A DNA stretch of 30,303 nucleotides from a virus (taxonomy: Duplodnaviria; Caudoviricetes): positions 1 through 30,303 of the IMG/VR virus record IMGVR_UViG_3300046495_000030; one strand, given 5' to 3'. Under the pieces are notes generated by a model, which was not told the DNA's origin, ran no database searches, and worked only from the letters and a program-made list of their open reading frames with translations. How positions within the stretch are numbered: the first letter of the stretch is position 1; the number at the start of each line of letters is the position of its first letter. The position numbers and the translations under genes are program-made. This document shows positions 8,442 to 15,908 of the stretch, one piece after another.

Positions 8442-8608
8442 TTTATACTTCCTCCAAACTCAACTTGTATTGCTGCCAATAAAAGTATTACATCAATAAG
8501 AATAAAGAAAAGAATTTGTGGTACTGCTATCCAACTTCCTTTACAGACTTGTAAAAGTCGAATTAAAAGCATTAAGACCAAAAATAGAATTAATAGTATC
8601 ATTTTCAT
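8438..8608 (-). CDS. Two-TM small membrane protein (56 aa, MKMILLILFLVLMLLIRLL...)
   Basis: Translated by hand; two hydrophobic stretches; overlaps the 3' end of 8541..8900. Confidence 0.55.
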   Translation of the reverse strand: MKMILLILFLVLMLLIRLLQVCKGSWIAVPQILFFILIDVILLLAAIQVEFGGSIK

Positions 8609-8900
8609 CACCGTTTAATTTTTTACGAGCTAGTTCCAATGTTAGTTGAGTAATTCTATATTGACCATACAATATTTGAGTCTGTCTACGTTTTCTAGCT
8701 ATGAATGATACCAAAGCTAATTCTTTTGTCTCACATGCCCATTGTTTACGGGCATTAAGATTTATAAATTTGGATTTTTCAGGGTATAAACCTATCCAAG
8801 CACCACATTTTGTTCTTTTTATAATCTCGTAGCTATGGAGACTAAGTTTCACATCGTTACCACTATACCACGATTCATATCTGTAAAGGTATTCGATCAT
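8541..8900 (-). CDS. Phage hypothetical protein
   Basis: 119 aa; IIKRTKCGAWI...ARKQWACETKELALVSFIARK pattern looks like a recurrent phage family (from memory). Confidence 0.8.
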   Translation of the reverse strand: MIEYLYRYESWYSGNDVKLSLHSYEIIKRTKCGAWIGLYPEKSKFINLNARKQWACETKELALVSFIARKRRQTQILYGQYRITQLTLELARKKLNGDENDTINSIFGLNAFNSTFTSL

Positions 8901-9109
8901 TTTAACACCTTTGGAAGATAATATTTCTGAACCGAGTCAATTGAACCTTGATCCATAGGGTAATCAGCAGAATCATTCTTTCTACCATGCTGACTACGCA
9001 TCCAAGTTTTGATATTAAAATACCAATATGTTCTATCGGTTTTTGTAAATGAATGAATAGTCTCAGTCACTTCAAGAATATCGCCTGTTAATTTATATTC
9101 TAAATTCAT
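8897..9109 (-). CDS. Hypothetical protein
   Basis: 70-aa coupled ORF. Confidence 0.7.
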   Translation of the reverse strand: MNLEYKLTGDILEVTETIHSFTKTDRTYWYFNIKTWMRSQHGRKNDSADYPMDQGSIDSVQKYYLPKVLK

Positions 9110-9282
9110 TAAATTTCCCCTTTTGGTGAACAGGAAAGATAAACTATTGATATTTTAAGTTCCTCTAGTTTATCTTTTAAATGTAACATTTGAGTTTGAC
9201 AGGCTTTACGAGATTCAAATTCCTGCATGGAAATGCTGCTGTTTAGTGTAGCCGCCAATATTACTGTTAATATGTAAGCCAT
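9109..9282 (-). CDS. Small, possibly exported protein (57 aa, MAYILTVILAATL...QEFESRKAC...SCSPK), not in ORF track
   Basis: GGAGG RBS; TAATG overlap; hydrophobic N-terminus; two Cys. Confidence 0.65.
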   Translation of the reverse strand: MAYILTVILAATLNSSISMQEFESRKACQTQMLHLKDKLEELKISIVYLSCSPKGEI

Positions 9283-9683
9283 CCGTTAGCCTCCAACACA
9301 AATTGAAGAACTTCTTCCTTAGTGCAAGGTTCAGCATATTTATAAACAGAATTATCCATAGTTACAAATTTATATTCATCATTAGGTTTGCAACTCTTAA
9401 TCCTACGAATATCAACAACCATTATACTTCCATCAGCAATTTTCGTATCACCAACTTTGCACCAGATAGGCTTAGTTATTTCCAAGTACCAAGGTTGATA
9501 GATTTTAATGTGGTCATTATCAATAAAATCATTTTGATAGATTGAGTGAACATCCCATTCTTGTTTACCTTGTTTGTAATGCAATCGTCCCTGAATATTC
9601 ATATAAATCATATCGCCAGCTATCAAAGTTTTACCTTCCTGAATAGCAGCCCAGCATTCCTGTTGATTCATTTCACACCTCAA
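9267..9683 (-). CDS. Hypothetical protein (true start probably ATG at 9671)
   Basis: GAGGTG RBS before MNQQECW; first gene after a promoter. Confidence 0.75.
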   Translation of the reverse strand: MRCEMNQQECWAAIQEGKTLIAGDMIYMNIQGRLHYKQGKQEWDVHSIYQNDFIDNDHIKIYQPWYLEITKPIWCKVGDTKIADGSIMVVDIRRIKSCKPNDEYKFVTMDNSVYKYAEPCTKEEVLQFVLEANGWLTY

Positions 9684-9699
9684 ATTTAAAAGTCAATTT

Positions 9700-9727
9700 A
9701 TTATACGACCTTGCAAGCGCAAGTCAA
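9700..9727 (-). promoter_or_regulatory. sigma70-type promoter TTGACT-N16-TATAAT
   Basis: Read directly; shares AAATTTGACTTGC with the promoter at 4783-4810. Confidence 0.85.
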
Positions 9728-9743
9728 ATTTATTTACTCTCGC

Positions 9744-11000
9744 TTATTTAAGATTCCTAACAACCTGACTAAGCCTAGAAATCTCGTTATCCATTTCTAT
9801 AATAGCCAACTTTTTAGCTGTAACGGCATTTTTCCATTCCAACCTTGCCTGTTCGTAGGCACTTTTGTCCTTAGCGATAGCCACATTTGTTGGTGCAGGA
9901 GGCAAAACTTCGGATTTAAGTTTAGCAGGTTCTAAATGCTTTAATTTAGGTTCTTGTTCATGCCAAAGTTTAGCATGCCTTAGGAATGTATCTAAAACAT
10001 AGGCGACAGTACCCGTACCCTCATAAGGAATCTTAGTGAATACATCGTTTTTATCAGGAATAAAGTTGTAAAGGATTTTAACTTTGTGGATATCCTGCAA
10101 GTATTTAAGGAAGCTAATTTCAATTCTACCGTGTAAAGGATCAACCGTATAAGGGTATTGAAGTATTCTAGCTCTAAGATATTGGAATTCGTCAACCAGC
10201 TCTTTGCAAATGATACCATCATAGTCCAATGAAGGATTGTAATCACCCTCATAATCAGGCAATTCCGAGTAATGATAAGTAAGATAATTTGCCCAATGGT
10301 CTAGGGTTTCGTATGGGTATTGTTTTATGGTTGCGTAACCTTGAGCAAAAGTATTAGGAGCAGGCGCAACAGGTGTAGGAGCAGGCTCAATTAGTTCAAG
10401 GTCATGCGTTGGTATAGGGTCATAGTTTAACATTGCTTTGGTGCGCAATTCTAGTATAGGTAAAGGGTCAGGATTTACTGAGACTTTAATATCGTGAAAC
10501 ATGGATTCAGTAAAGGATGCAGAATCTTCGATTACGATGGGGGGTTCAGGAGCAAAGTTTACATGTTCTGATTTAAGCAAAGGAGTGGATATAGGCGCAG
10601 GCTCTGGCGCAAGAACAAAAGGTTTCATTTCACTGGTAGAAGTGTGGGCATAGAAAGGCTCAGGCTCAGGAGTAGAAACTTCAGGTAAAGGCAAGGAGTC
10701 AGAATCTGGTGTTGGCTCAGTGGTTGTAGGATTAAATGCAAATACCTTGTAGTTAGGATTTAATTTGTGGTTATACATATTGTAGATTGCCACCGCTTCA
10801 TCCAATGTAGCTGTGCTGCCCATGTATTTAACTCTGCCATTATAGCGAGTAACGGATACAACATACCTGTTTTTCTTATAAGCAATGTTATTTCGGTAGA
10901 TTCCAGGATGTTTAGGTTTATTAAATTGAATACGATGATTCCATTCAGGTAGGATACCGTATTCGTAGTCTGGTGCGGGGATATACATTTCTATAGTCAT
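9744..11000 (-). CDS. Protein with N-terminal AP2-like DNA-binding domain, Pro/Glu/Thr-rich linker and C-terminal coiled coil
   Basis: HPGIYR...RYVVSV...GRVKYMGSTATLDEAVAIYN resembles AP2; repeated PEP/APEP. Confidence 0.6.
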   Translation of the reverse strand: MTIEMYIPAPDYEYGILPEWNHRIQFNKPKHPGIYRNNIAYKKNRYVVSVTRYNGRVKYMGSTATLDEAVAIYNMYNHKLNPNYKVFAFNPTTTEPTPDSDSLPLPEVSTPEPEPFYAHTSTSEMKPFVLAPEPAPISTPLLKSEHVNFAPEPPIVIEDSASFTESMFHDIKVSVNPDPLPILELRTKAMLNYDPIPTHDLELIEPAPTPVAPAPNTFAQGYATIKQYPYETLDHWANYLTYHYSELPDYEGDYNPSLDYDGIICKELVDEFQYLRARILQYPYTVDPLHGRIEISFLKYLQDIHKVKILYNFIPDKNDVFTKIPYEGTGTVAYVLDTFLRHAKLWHEQEPKLKHLEPAKLKSEVLPPAPTNVAIAKDKSAYEQARLEWKNAVTAKKLAIIEMDNEISRLSQVVRNLK

Positions 11001-11021
11001 AAAAGGAATTATATTTTGGTT

Positions 11022-11056
11022 TGGTTATTGGTGTGGTTATTGGTGTGGTTATTGGT
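11022..11056. repeat. Tandem 12-bp repeat (TGGTTATTGGTG, about 3 copies)
   Basis: Read directly in the intergenic spacer. Confidence 0.85.
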
Positions 11057-11065
11057 TGAATGAGA

Positions 11066-11689
11066 TTAAGCTTTAGCTGTTAGTTTCGATAGGAGATACA
11101 TCCTTCGATTAATTTTCAATTGCTCCATTTCAATTTTCAATTTTTGAATTTCGGATTTTTTAGCTTCAATTTGTAAATCAATTGAAGTAAGAACTGTATC
11201 GTTAGTGGTGAATGATATTCTGGCTTTTCTTTTATTTTCGTTAATTATATCTTCATGATGCCAGTCATGAGTTTTGGATAATGCCCACATTGTAACATCG
11301 TAAACAGAAGCCATAACACCTTTCATCAAATTCAAATTACTGGATAATTCATCATTTAGAGTTACTTTGCCAATTTGACTTAAAATAAATTCAGGACTAA
11401 ATAAATCATTAAGGGATTTACGGTTGACTTTTCCACGATTATTACCTCGTGTAGGATTTTCATTGAAGATGTAGGATGGGGCTTGAGCTTTAACCACATT
11501 TAGAAATTCAATCATAGCTATTTTATATTCGCCAGTTGAATCAAGATTTGGATTGTAGTAGGTATGGTTTGGTGCGTAGATGATTGAATTTGGATTTTGA
11601 GTTTGAGTTTCGGATATTTGAGTTTCGGATATTTGAGTTTCGGATATTAGTTGGTTGGTTGGTTCGTCATTTGACCACAGTAAAGCCAT
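11066..11689 (-). CDS. Hypothetical protein with (ISETQ) repeats and C-terminal coiled coil
   Basis: 207 aa; AAGGA RBS; 15-bp tandem repeat GAGTTTCGGATATTT at about 11605-11648. Confidence 0.75.
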   Translation of the reverse strand: MALLWSNDEPTNQLISETQISETQISETQTQNPNSIIYAPNHTYYNPNLDSTGEYKIAMIEFLNVVKAQAPSYIFNENPTRGNNRGKVNRKSLNDLFSPEFILSQIGKVTLNDELSSNLNLMKGVMASVYDVTMWALSKTHDWHHEDIINENKRKARISFTTNDTVLTSIDLQIEAKKSEIQKLKIEMEQLKINRRMYLLSKLTAKA

Positions 11690-11740
11690 GATAGTTCCTT
11701 AATTAGGTTATAGAAATTGGTTGGTTGGTGTTCGGTAAGA

Positions 11741-11770
11741 AGTGTAGCATAAATGTTTAATTATTGTCAA
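11741..11770 (-). promoter_or_regulatory. sigma70-type promoter TTGACA-N18-TACACT with extended -10 TG
   Basis: Read directly; heads the leftward arm. Confidence 0.6.
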
Positions 11771-12065
11771 GTTTACTTTTTGGTATTGTTTAAAATATAC
11801 AAGTATATAGCTACCCGACATAAAGTTAATTTCAAAAGATGGTTTCAGGTATAGACCCCCTGAAATTGCACTTTTTTTTTTTAAAAAAATGAAAGACACT
11901 TTCAAATTACCATTTACCTTTAGCTATTATCATTAATTACATATTATATAGTATAGTACACAAGAGTAAAATCAAGGTTTCCTACCAATTTCCCTACCTT
12001 TTAAATCACCTATTGATAATAAGTATTTTTTTTATTGTTTGCCGTATACAGCGTTTATTGTTTCA

Positions 12066-12103
12066 AAACCTCAGAGATGGTTTTAAACCTCAGAGATTGT
12101 TTT
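12066..12103. repeat. Tandem 19-bp direct repeat AAACCTCAGAGAT(G/T)GTTTT x2
   Basis: 18/19 identical; each unit has inverted AAAC/GTTT ends. Confidence 0.85.
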
Positions 12104-12144
12104 GCAAAATGCAAAGGAGAGTTTGTTTAGATATAGGCTTATAC

Positions 12145-12173
12145 TTGCTTTATAGTTAAAACAGGTATACAAT
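12145..12173 (+). promoter_or_regulatory. sigma70-type promoter TTGCTT-N17-TACAAT
   Basis: Read directly, 40 nt upstream of the ATG at 12213. Confidence 0.7.
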
Positions 12174-12212
12174 CATACATTCATACAACTAAACAACTAA
12201 AAGAGGCATAAA

Positions 12213-12572
12213 ATGCAACAAAAAATCAAGGAAAATAGCGCAATAATTCTGTCAAGAATTCAAAAATATCACCATTATAAAGGTCCTCAAGTCGGCGATT
12301 ATTTGTTTCTAAAAGACAAAGGATATATCCGATTTGCGCATGAATGGGATGACGATATGCAAACCGCAAACGGATTTGGAAGCTTTTATTTAGCTGAAAA
12401 TGGCAAAGCGTCAATGTCTGGCGGCTTAAATTCTGGCATTGATAAAAAGTTAATTGTGGTCACAAATGAGATTAAGCCAGCCGAATTTTGGATTTTCGAT
12501 AGGGATATAGCTAGAGCTGGTGGAGCATATAATTTTCTATTTAATGTCTCTGTGTACAAATTGATTGATTAG
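12213..12572 (+). CDS. Hypothetical protein, possibly DUF4121-like
   Basis: GPQVGDY...GSFYL...SMSGGL...FWIF...ARAGGA pattern; GAGG RBS; family call from memory. Confidence 0.65.
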   Translation: MQQKIKENSAIILSRIQKYHHYKGPQVGDYLFLKDKGYIRFAHEWDDDMQTANGFGSFYLAENGKASMSGGLNSGIDKKLIVVTNEIKPAEFWIFDRDIARAGGAYNFLFNVSVYKLID

Positions 12573-12648
12573 AATACGGAAATCTGGTATAATGCCGACT
12601 ATGGGCAGGATAATAAATAGTTGCGTTTGTAACGTTTTACCGTATAAT
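12565..12648 (+). promoter_or_regulatory. Two tandem sigma70-type promoters: TTGATT-N17-TATAAT (12565-12593) and TTGCGT-N16-TATAAT (12621-12648)
   Basis: Read directly. Confidence 0.75.
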
Positions 12649-12695
12649 AAAAGTCAGTTCAACAGGTCGTTGGATTGAAAACTTTGGAGGCTATT

Positions 12696-12959
12696 ATGGC
12701 TATTGAATTTACAAAAATAAAACACGATGGGAATGGAAATCCTCGGTATGTCTGCCATTTTTTGGCGTTGATACCAGACGTTACTTGGGAATCAGGTTTG
12801 TCGCTTACTGATAGGTATGCTATAGCTTGTAAACGAGCTAACCGGATTGGTGGTAGACGCTTTCATAACAAACAGTTTGGCGGTGGTATTGTTTTTAGTT
12901 CGTACAGCTTGCTTGAACTAGAACAAAACATTGCCGATGTTATAAGGAATTCAAAATGA
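12696..12959 (+). CDS. Phage early-type hypothetical protein (start reassigned to ATG at 12696)
   Basis: GGAGG RBS; DGNGNPRYVCHF...GGRRFHNKQFGGGIVF motifs. Confidence 0.85.
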   Translation: MAIEFTKIKHDGNGNPRYVCHFLALIPDVTWESGLSLTDRYAIACKRANRIGGRRFHNKQFGGGIVFSSYSLLELEQNIADVIRNSK

Positions 12960-13183
12960 TGATTGTAGAACAAGTTTGGATTTCAGACCAGTATATTACA
13001 GCTATATTATATGGCGATGAATCAGGTTTGGAAGAGGATGAATCATTGATGTTGGATGATTTTATGGAACACATTGCTAAGAATGATTACTTGGTGATGA
13101 ATGGTGAGGAATTGGAATGGAAGAAATGTGAACTCAGCAACAGTTATTCTGATTGTTATTTAATTAATGTTGTGAGGGATTGA
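12956..13183 (+). CDS. Small acidic hypothetical protein
   Basis: 75 aa; 18 D/E vs 4 K/R by hand count; YGDESGL motif. Confidence 0.75.
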   Translation: MMIVEQVWISDQYITAILYGDESGLEEDESLMLDDFMEHIAKNDYLVMNGEELEWKKCELSNSYSDCYLINVVRD

Positions 13184-13184
13184 A

Positions 13185-13622
13185 ATGAGCAGTTATATAG
13201 TAAGTGATAAACAAATTCATCTGCTGGCTGCGCTGTCAGTGGAAAAAGATTATGCTCCTATTAAAATAACTGAGGAGCAGGGTACTCGGATTATGTTAAA
13301 CGCGGACACATTACTGGCCGCTAATTATGTTGGTGTTAATGCTCGCTATAAAGAGTCTGGCAGCGAGAAGATCAAATGGCCTAATAAATTGTGGTTATCG
13401 CCAGACTTTTTTGACTATTGGTTGTTGGCTGATTATTGCCGTGGATTATCAAAAGAATATACTTTGGTTCAGAAACTGAAGTTATGCCTAAATTATGAAT
13501 ATCAATGTTGTGATGCGGATTCGTGGCGTGGTAGTGATGCCAAACAATTGCTGGACAATATCATTTCCAAATTAATAGCGGAAATGCCTGATTATAACGA
13601 AGCACCTTGGGGAATAGAATGA
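13185..13622 (+). CDS. Phage hypothetical protein
   Basis: MSSYIVS...VNARY...YEYQCCD...W...A...PDYNEAPW pattern; GAGG RBS. Confidence 0.8.
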   Translation: MSSYIVSDKQIHLLAALSVEKDYAPIKITEEQGTRIMLNADTLLAANYVGVNARYKESGSEKIKWPNKLWLSPDFFDYWLLADYCRGLSKEYTLVQKLKLCLNYEYQCCDADSWRGSDAKQLLDNIISKLIAEMPDYNEAPWGIE

Positions 13623-13804
13623 CAAAGGAACAATTGCTTGAAATTGCCAAAAGTCAACACATTGCCGGATATGTGGAAGCGTGTCTTAATAATCATATCG
13701 AGTTTTTTGGATTAACATATACGGAACTTAATAACTTCCTTATGATGGCTTCCAAAAATGTTACGGTATACTCAAATAAAGAATTAGTCAGGAGAGGAAA
13801 ATGA
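13619..13804 (+). CDS. Hypothetical protein (start reassigned to ATG at 13619)
   Basis: ATGA overlaps with both neighbours. Confidence 0.7.
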   Translation: MTKEQLLEIAKSQHIAGYVEACLNNHIEFFGLTYTELNNFLMMASKNVTVYSNKELVRRGK

Positions 13805-14109
13805 ATATCCAATTTTTAACAATATGTAATTCGTCTTCCTTTTGTGGATCGCCATTGCCGGTTGTCCAAGTAATGGTGGATAATAAAACTACGCTGGGTG
13901 ATGTTAAAGCTAGAATGTTGAGCTATGACGCGACCGACCATTTGGAAGAATTGAATGAGGAGGAATATGTCGCTGCGGTTGAGGAATACTTTGTCGGTAT
14001 GAAATTGAAACAAAAAGTGGATACCAGTTTGGATTCAATTGATGATTGCGAGGAATATGATTGCTATGTATATTTTGCCATTGAGGATTCCGGTTTGGAA
14101 TGCTACTAA
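13801..14109 (+). CDS. Acidic hypothetical protein
   Basis: 102 aa; GGAGAGG RBS; D/E-rich C-half. Confidence 0.75.
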   Translation: MNIQFLTICNSSSFCGSPLPVVQVMVDNKTTLGDVKARMLSYDATDHLEELNEEEYVAAVEEYFVGMKLKQKVDTSLDSIDDCEEYDCYVYFAIEDSGLECY

Positions 14110-14246
14110 TGCTATTCGGTATACTTGGAATAATCGTGATATGGTTTTTACAACAATTAGGTGGATACAATGGCAAAAATAGACCTAGAATTAAAAAGAC
14201 AAGCGTTAAAAAACGCACTTACAAGGCTCGGATTCAAACCCGATAA
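14109..14246 (+). CDS. Single-TM microprotein with basic tail (45 aa, MLFGILGIIVIWFLQQ...)
   Basis: TAATG overlap; translated by hand; overlaps the next gene. Confidence 0.45.
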   Translation: MLFGILGIIVIWFLQQLGGYNGKNRPRIKKTSVKKRTYKARIQTR

Positions 14247-14472
14247 TTATGGACACATGCAAAAGGATTCAAAAGTTACCTCAAAAGATGAGGAGGGTGC
14301 TATTCCTGTCAAACTTAGAATCAAATTTGGAATAAATTCCATTAGATACGAGATTAAACGAATTGGACACAATAACTGGTTTAAAAAGGATGGAGAATTT
14401 TACAAGGACATTGTAATTGATAATGAGGGAGTTAAATTAACAAAATACAAATTACGATTTTTGGATTTGTGA
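14170..14472 (+). CDS. Basic hypothetical protein (start probably ATG at 14170)
   Basis: AGGTGG RBS; followed by a terminator. Confidence 0.75.
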   Translation: MAKIDLELKRQALKNALTRLGFKPDNYGHMQKDSKVTSKDEEGAIPVKLRIKFGINSIRYEIKRIGHNNWFKKDGEFYKDIVIDNEGVKLTKYKLRFLDL

Positions 14473-14492
14473 TTTAAGCCGTTTTTACATTT

Positions 14493-14524
14493 AGCCTATA
14501 TCAGTGTATGATGTGGGCTTTTTT
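14493..14524 (+). terminator. Rho-independent terminator
   Basis: AGCCTATATCA-gtgta-TGATGTGGGCT stem (with G:U pairs) followed by a T run. Confidence 0.7.
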
Positions 14525-14555
14525 AATGCCTACAATCAAAGGATTTCAAACAGAA

Positions 14556-14962
14556 TGAGCGCAAATTATATAGCTTATGCCAATGATACGATGACCGTTT
14601 TATATTGTCACAATAAGCTGTCCGTAATCACGGATTTATTACACATAGAACAGAAGGATAATTGGACGATTGTCCCGCTTGATAATGCAAACCTATTCCG
14701 CAAGCATACAGCGCAAGAATTGAAAAGACTATTTATTAGTTTAGGTGGAGACGCAAACTGTTTTGGACAAACGAATCTATATTTGGTGCATGAGCAGATT
14801 CGATTGGAATGTATAAAGCTGGCTAGGTTATTGCCAGCTATTATCGCAAATGGATATGAAGCAGAAATTCAAGCTGCCTATGTGGATAAGCAGCTTGTAA
14901 AGTGTGGTTATCGTTTTAGCCCAAACAGTTTGACACCTTCCAAGCTCGCTCCTGGCTTTTAA
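14556..14962 (+). CDS. Hypothetical protein (start probably ATG at 14556)
   Basis: Long ORF; the track start at 14504 falls inside the terminator hairpin. Confidence 0.65.
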
Positions 14963-15155
14963 TAATCAAGGTATCAATCATGGCGTGCGCGGTTTGAATG
15001 GCGTCTTGGCGATCGTCTGTGTAGTATGTTGCATCGGATTGCTTAATGCCATTTACGAACAACCGGCAACTGTATTCTTTAAATTCAGATTCGTAACTTA
15101 CAGTTACTAAATCCGCAGCATATGGATTGGTAAAATTGGCTATTTGTCTCATCAT
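14916..15155 (-). CDS. Hypothetical protein, last gene of the putative sigma54 operon
   Basis: GAGG RBS; EFKEYSCRLFVNG...ATYYTDDRQDAIQTA; 47-bp tail-to-tail overlap with 14556..14962. Confidence 0.75.
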   Translation of the reverse strand: MMRQIANFTNPYAADLVTVSYESEFKEYSCRLFVNGIKQSDATYYTDDRQDAIQTAHAMIDTLIIKSQERAWKVSNCLG

Positions 15156-15274
15156 AAACCTCTTACGGATGGATAAAACCGGAATACTGCGGTTTTAAAT
15201 ATTTTGCGAATTGCCCGTTTGGATTTGCGTATATCCGGGCGTTGTTTTGCAATTACGAAGATATAATTTTTCAT
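15152..15274 (-). CDS. Basic microprotein (40 aa, MKNYIFVIAKQRPDIRKSKRAIRKIFKTAVFRFYPSVRGL)
   Basis: GGAGG RBS; ATGA overlap; translated by hand. Confidence 0.6.
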   Translation of the reverse strand: MKNYIFVIAKQRPDIRKSKRAIRKIFKTAVFRFYPSVRGL

Positions 15275-15275
15275 T

Positions 15276-15488
15276 TTAGCCCTCCTTAAATTCATTGTTT
15301 GCCGCAATAGCAATAATCTCATTCAAACGAACTCGGATTGCATTAAGTTCCGCATAATAATCATGTTCCTCATCTGAGGATTCGATCAATGGAAAATCTA
15401 GTCCAGCTAATTTATTAACAACACTAGTCCATGCTGTTACATAATGATTTTTGTCTCTAGCTATTGTTATTTCGTGGATACTTTTCAT
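15276..15488 (-). CDS. Hypothetical protein
   Basis: 70 aa; GGAGG RBS. Confidence 0.75.
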   Translation of the reverse strand: MKSIHEITIARDKNHYVTAWTSVVNKLAGLDFPLIESSDEEHDYYAELNAIRVRLNEIIAIAANNEFKEG

Positions 15489-15532
15489 TTAAACCTCCAA
15501 ATAATTATTAATTAATTGCAATGCGCAAGGCA

Positions 15533-15661
15533 TTATTGCATGATGAACCGGATAAAATTCCGTGCGGCAAGCTGTTTGGCTTTGGCTTCGGAAACATTTT
15601 TGGCGCGTCCATAGAACCGGAAGTCAAGTTTCCGGAGTAACGCTAATTTAGACTTTGTCAT
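15533..15661 (-). CDS. Basic microprotein (42 aa, MTKSKLALLRKLDFRFYGRAKNVSEAKAKQLAARNFIRFIMQ)
   Basis: TTTTGAGGGTA RBS; translated by hand. Confidence 0.65.
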   Translation of the reverse strand: MTKSKLALLRKLDFRFYGRAKNVSEAKAKQLAARNFIRFIMQ

Positions 15662-15671
15662 TTTAATACCC

Positions 15672-15806
15672 TCAAAAAACACTATAGTCGTGCGCGTTTG
15701 CCCATGCTATCAAGGCAATACGATTGCTAGCTTGCTTAATAATTTTACCCTCACAAATTAAGCCCCAATTACCATCAGCTAATGGTTTTATAAATACATT
15801 GTACAT
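15672..15806 (-). CDS. Microprotein (44 aa, MYNVFIKPLADGNWGLICEGKIIKQASNRIALIAWANAHDYSVF)
   Basis: TTTTGAGGGTA RBS; translated by hand. Confidence 0.65.
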   Translation of the reverse strand: MYNVFIKPLADGNWGLICEGKIIKQASNRIALIAWANAHDYSVF

Positions 15807-15827
15807 AAATAAATACCCTCAAAAGTT

Positions 15828-15898
15828 ATAGTATTATTACTATGTTAATTACCCTAAGTAATAAGGTAATTAAAATAGGGTATTAACTAAATACCCTA
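15828..15898. repeat. Three adjacent AT-rich hairpins
   Basis: ATAGTA/TACTAT 15828-15843; TTAATTACC/GGTAATTAA 15845-15873; TAGGGTATT/AATACCCTA 15876-15898. Confidence 0.75.
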
Positions 15899-15908
15899 AT
15901 ACTAAAAT

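Noticed and set aside
7910-8541. Stop-codon reassignment as the cause of gaps in the ORF track
   Set aside because: The gaps are filled by short standard-code ORFs, and TAA, TAG and TGA all end well-supported genes
11708-11905. 65-aa minus-strand ORF
   Set aside because: TTG start, crosses homopolymer runs and the 11741-11770 promoter; probably noncoding
12060-12103. CRISPR array or mini-array
   Set aside because: Only two abutting 19-bp units, no spacer and no cas genes
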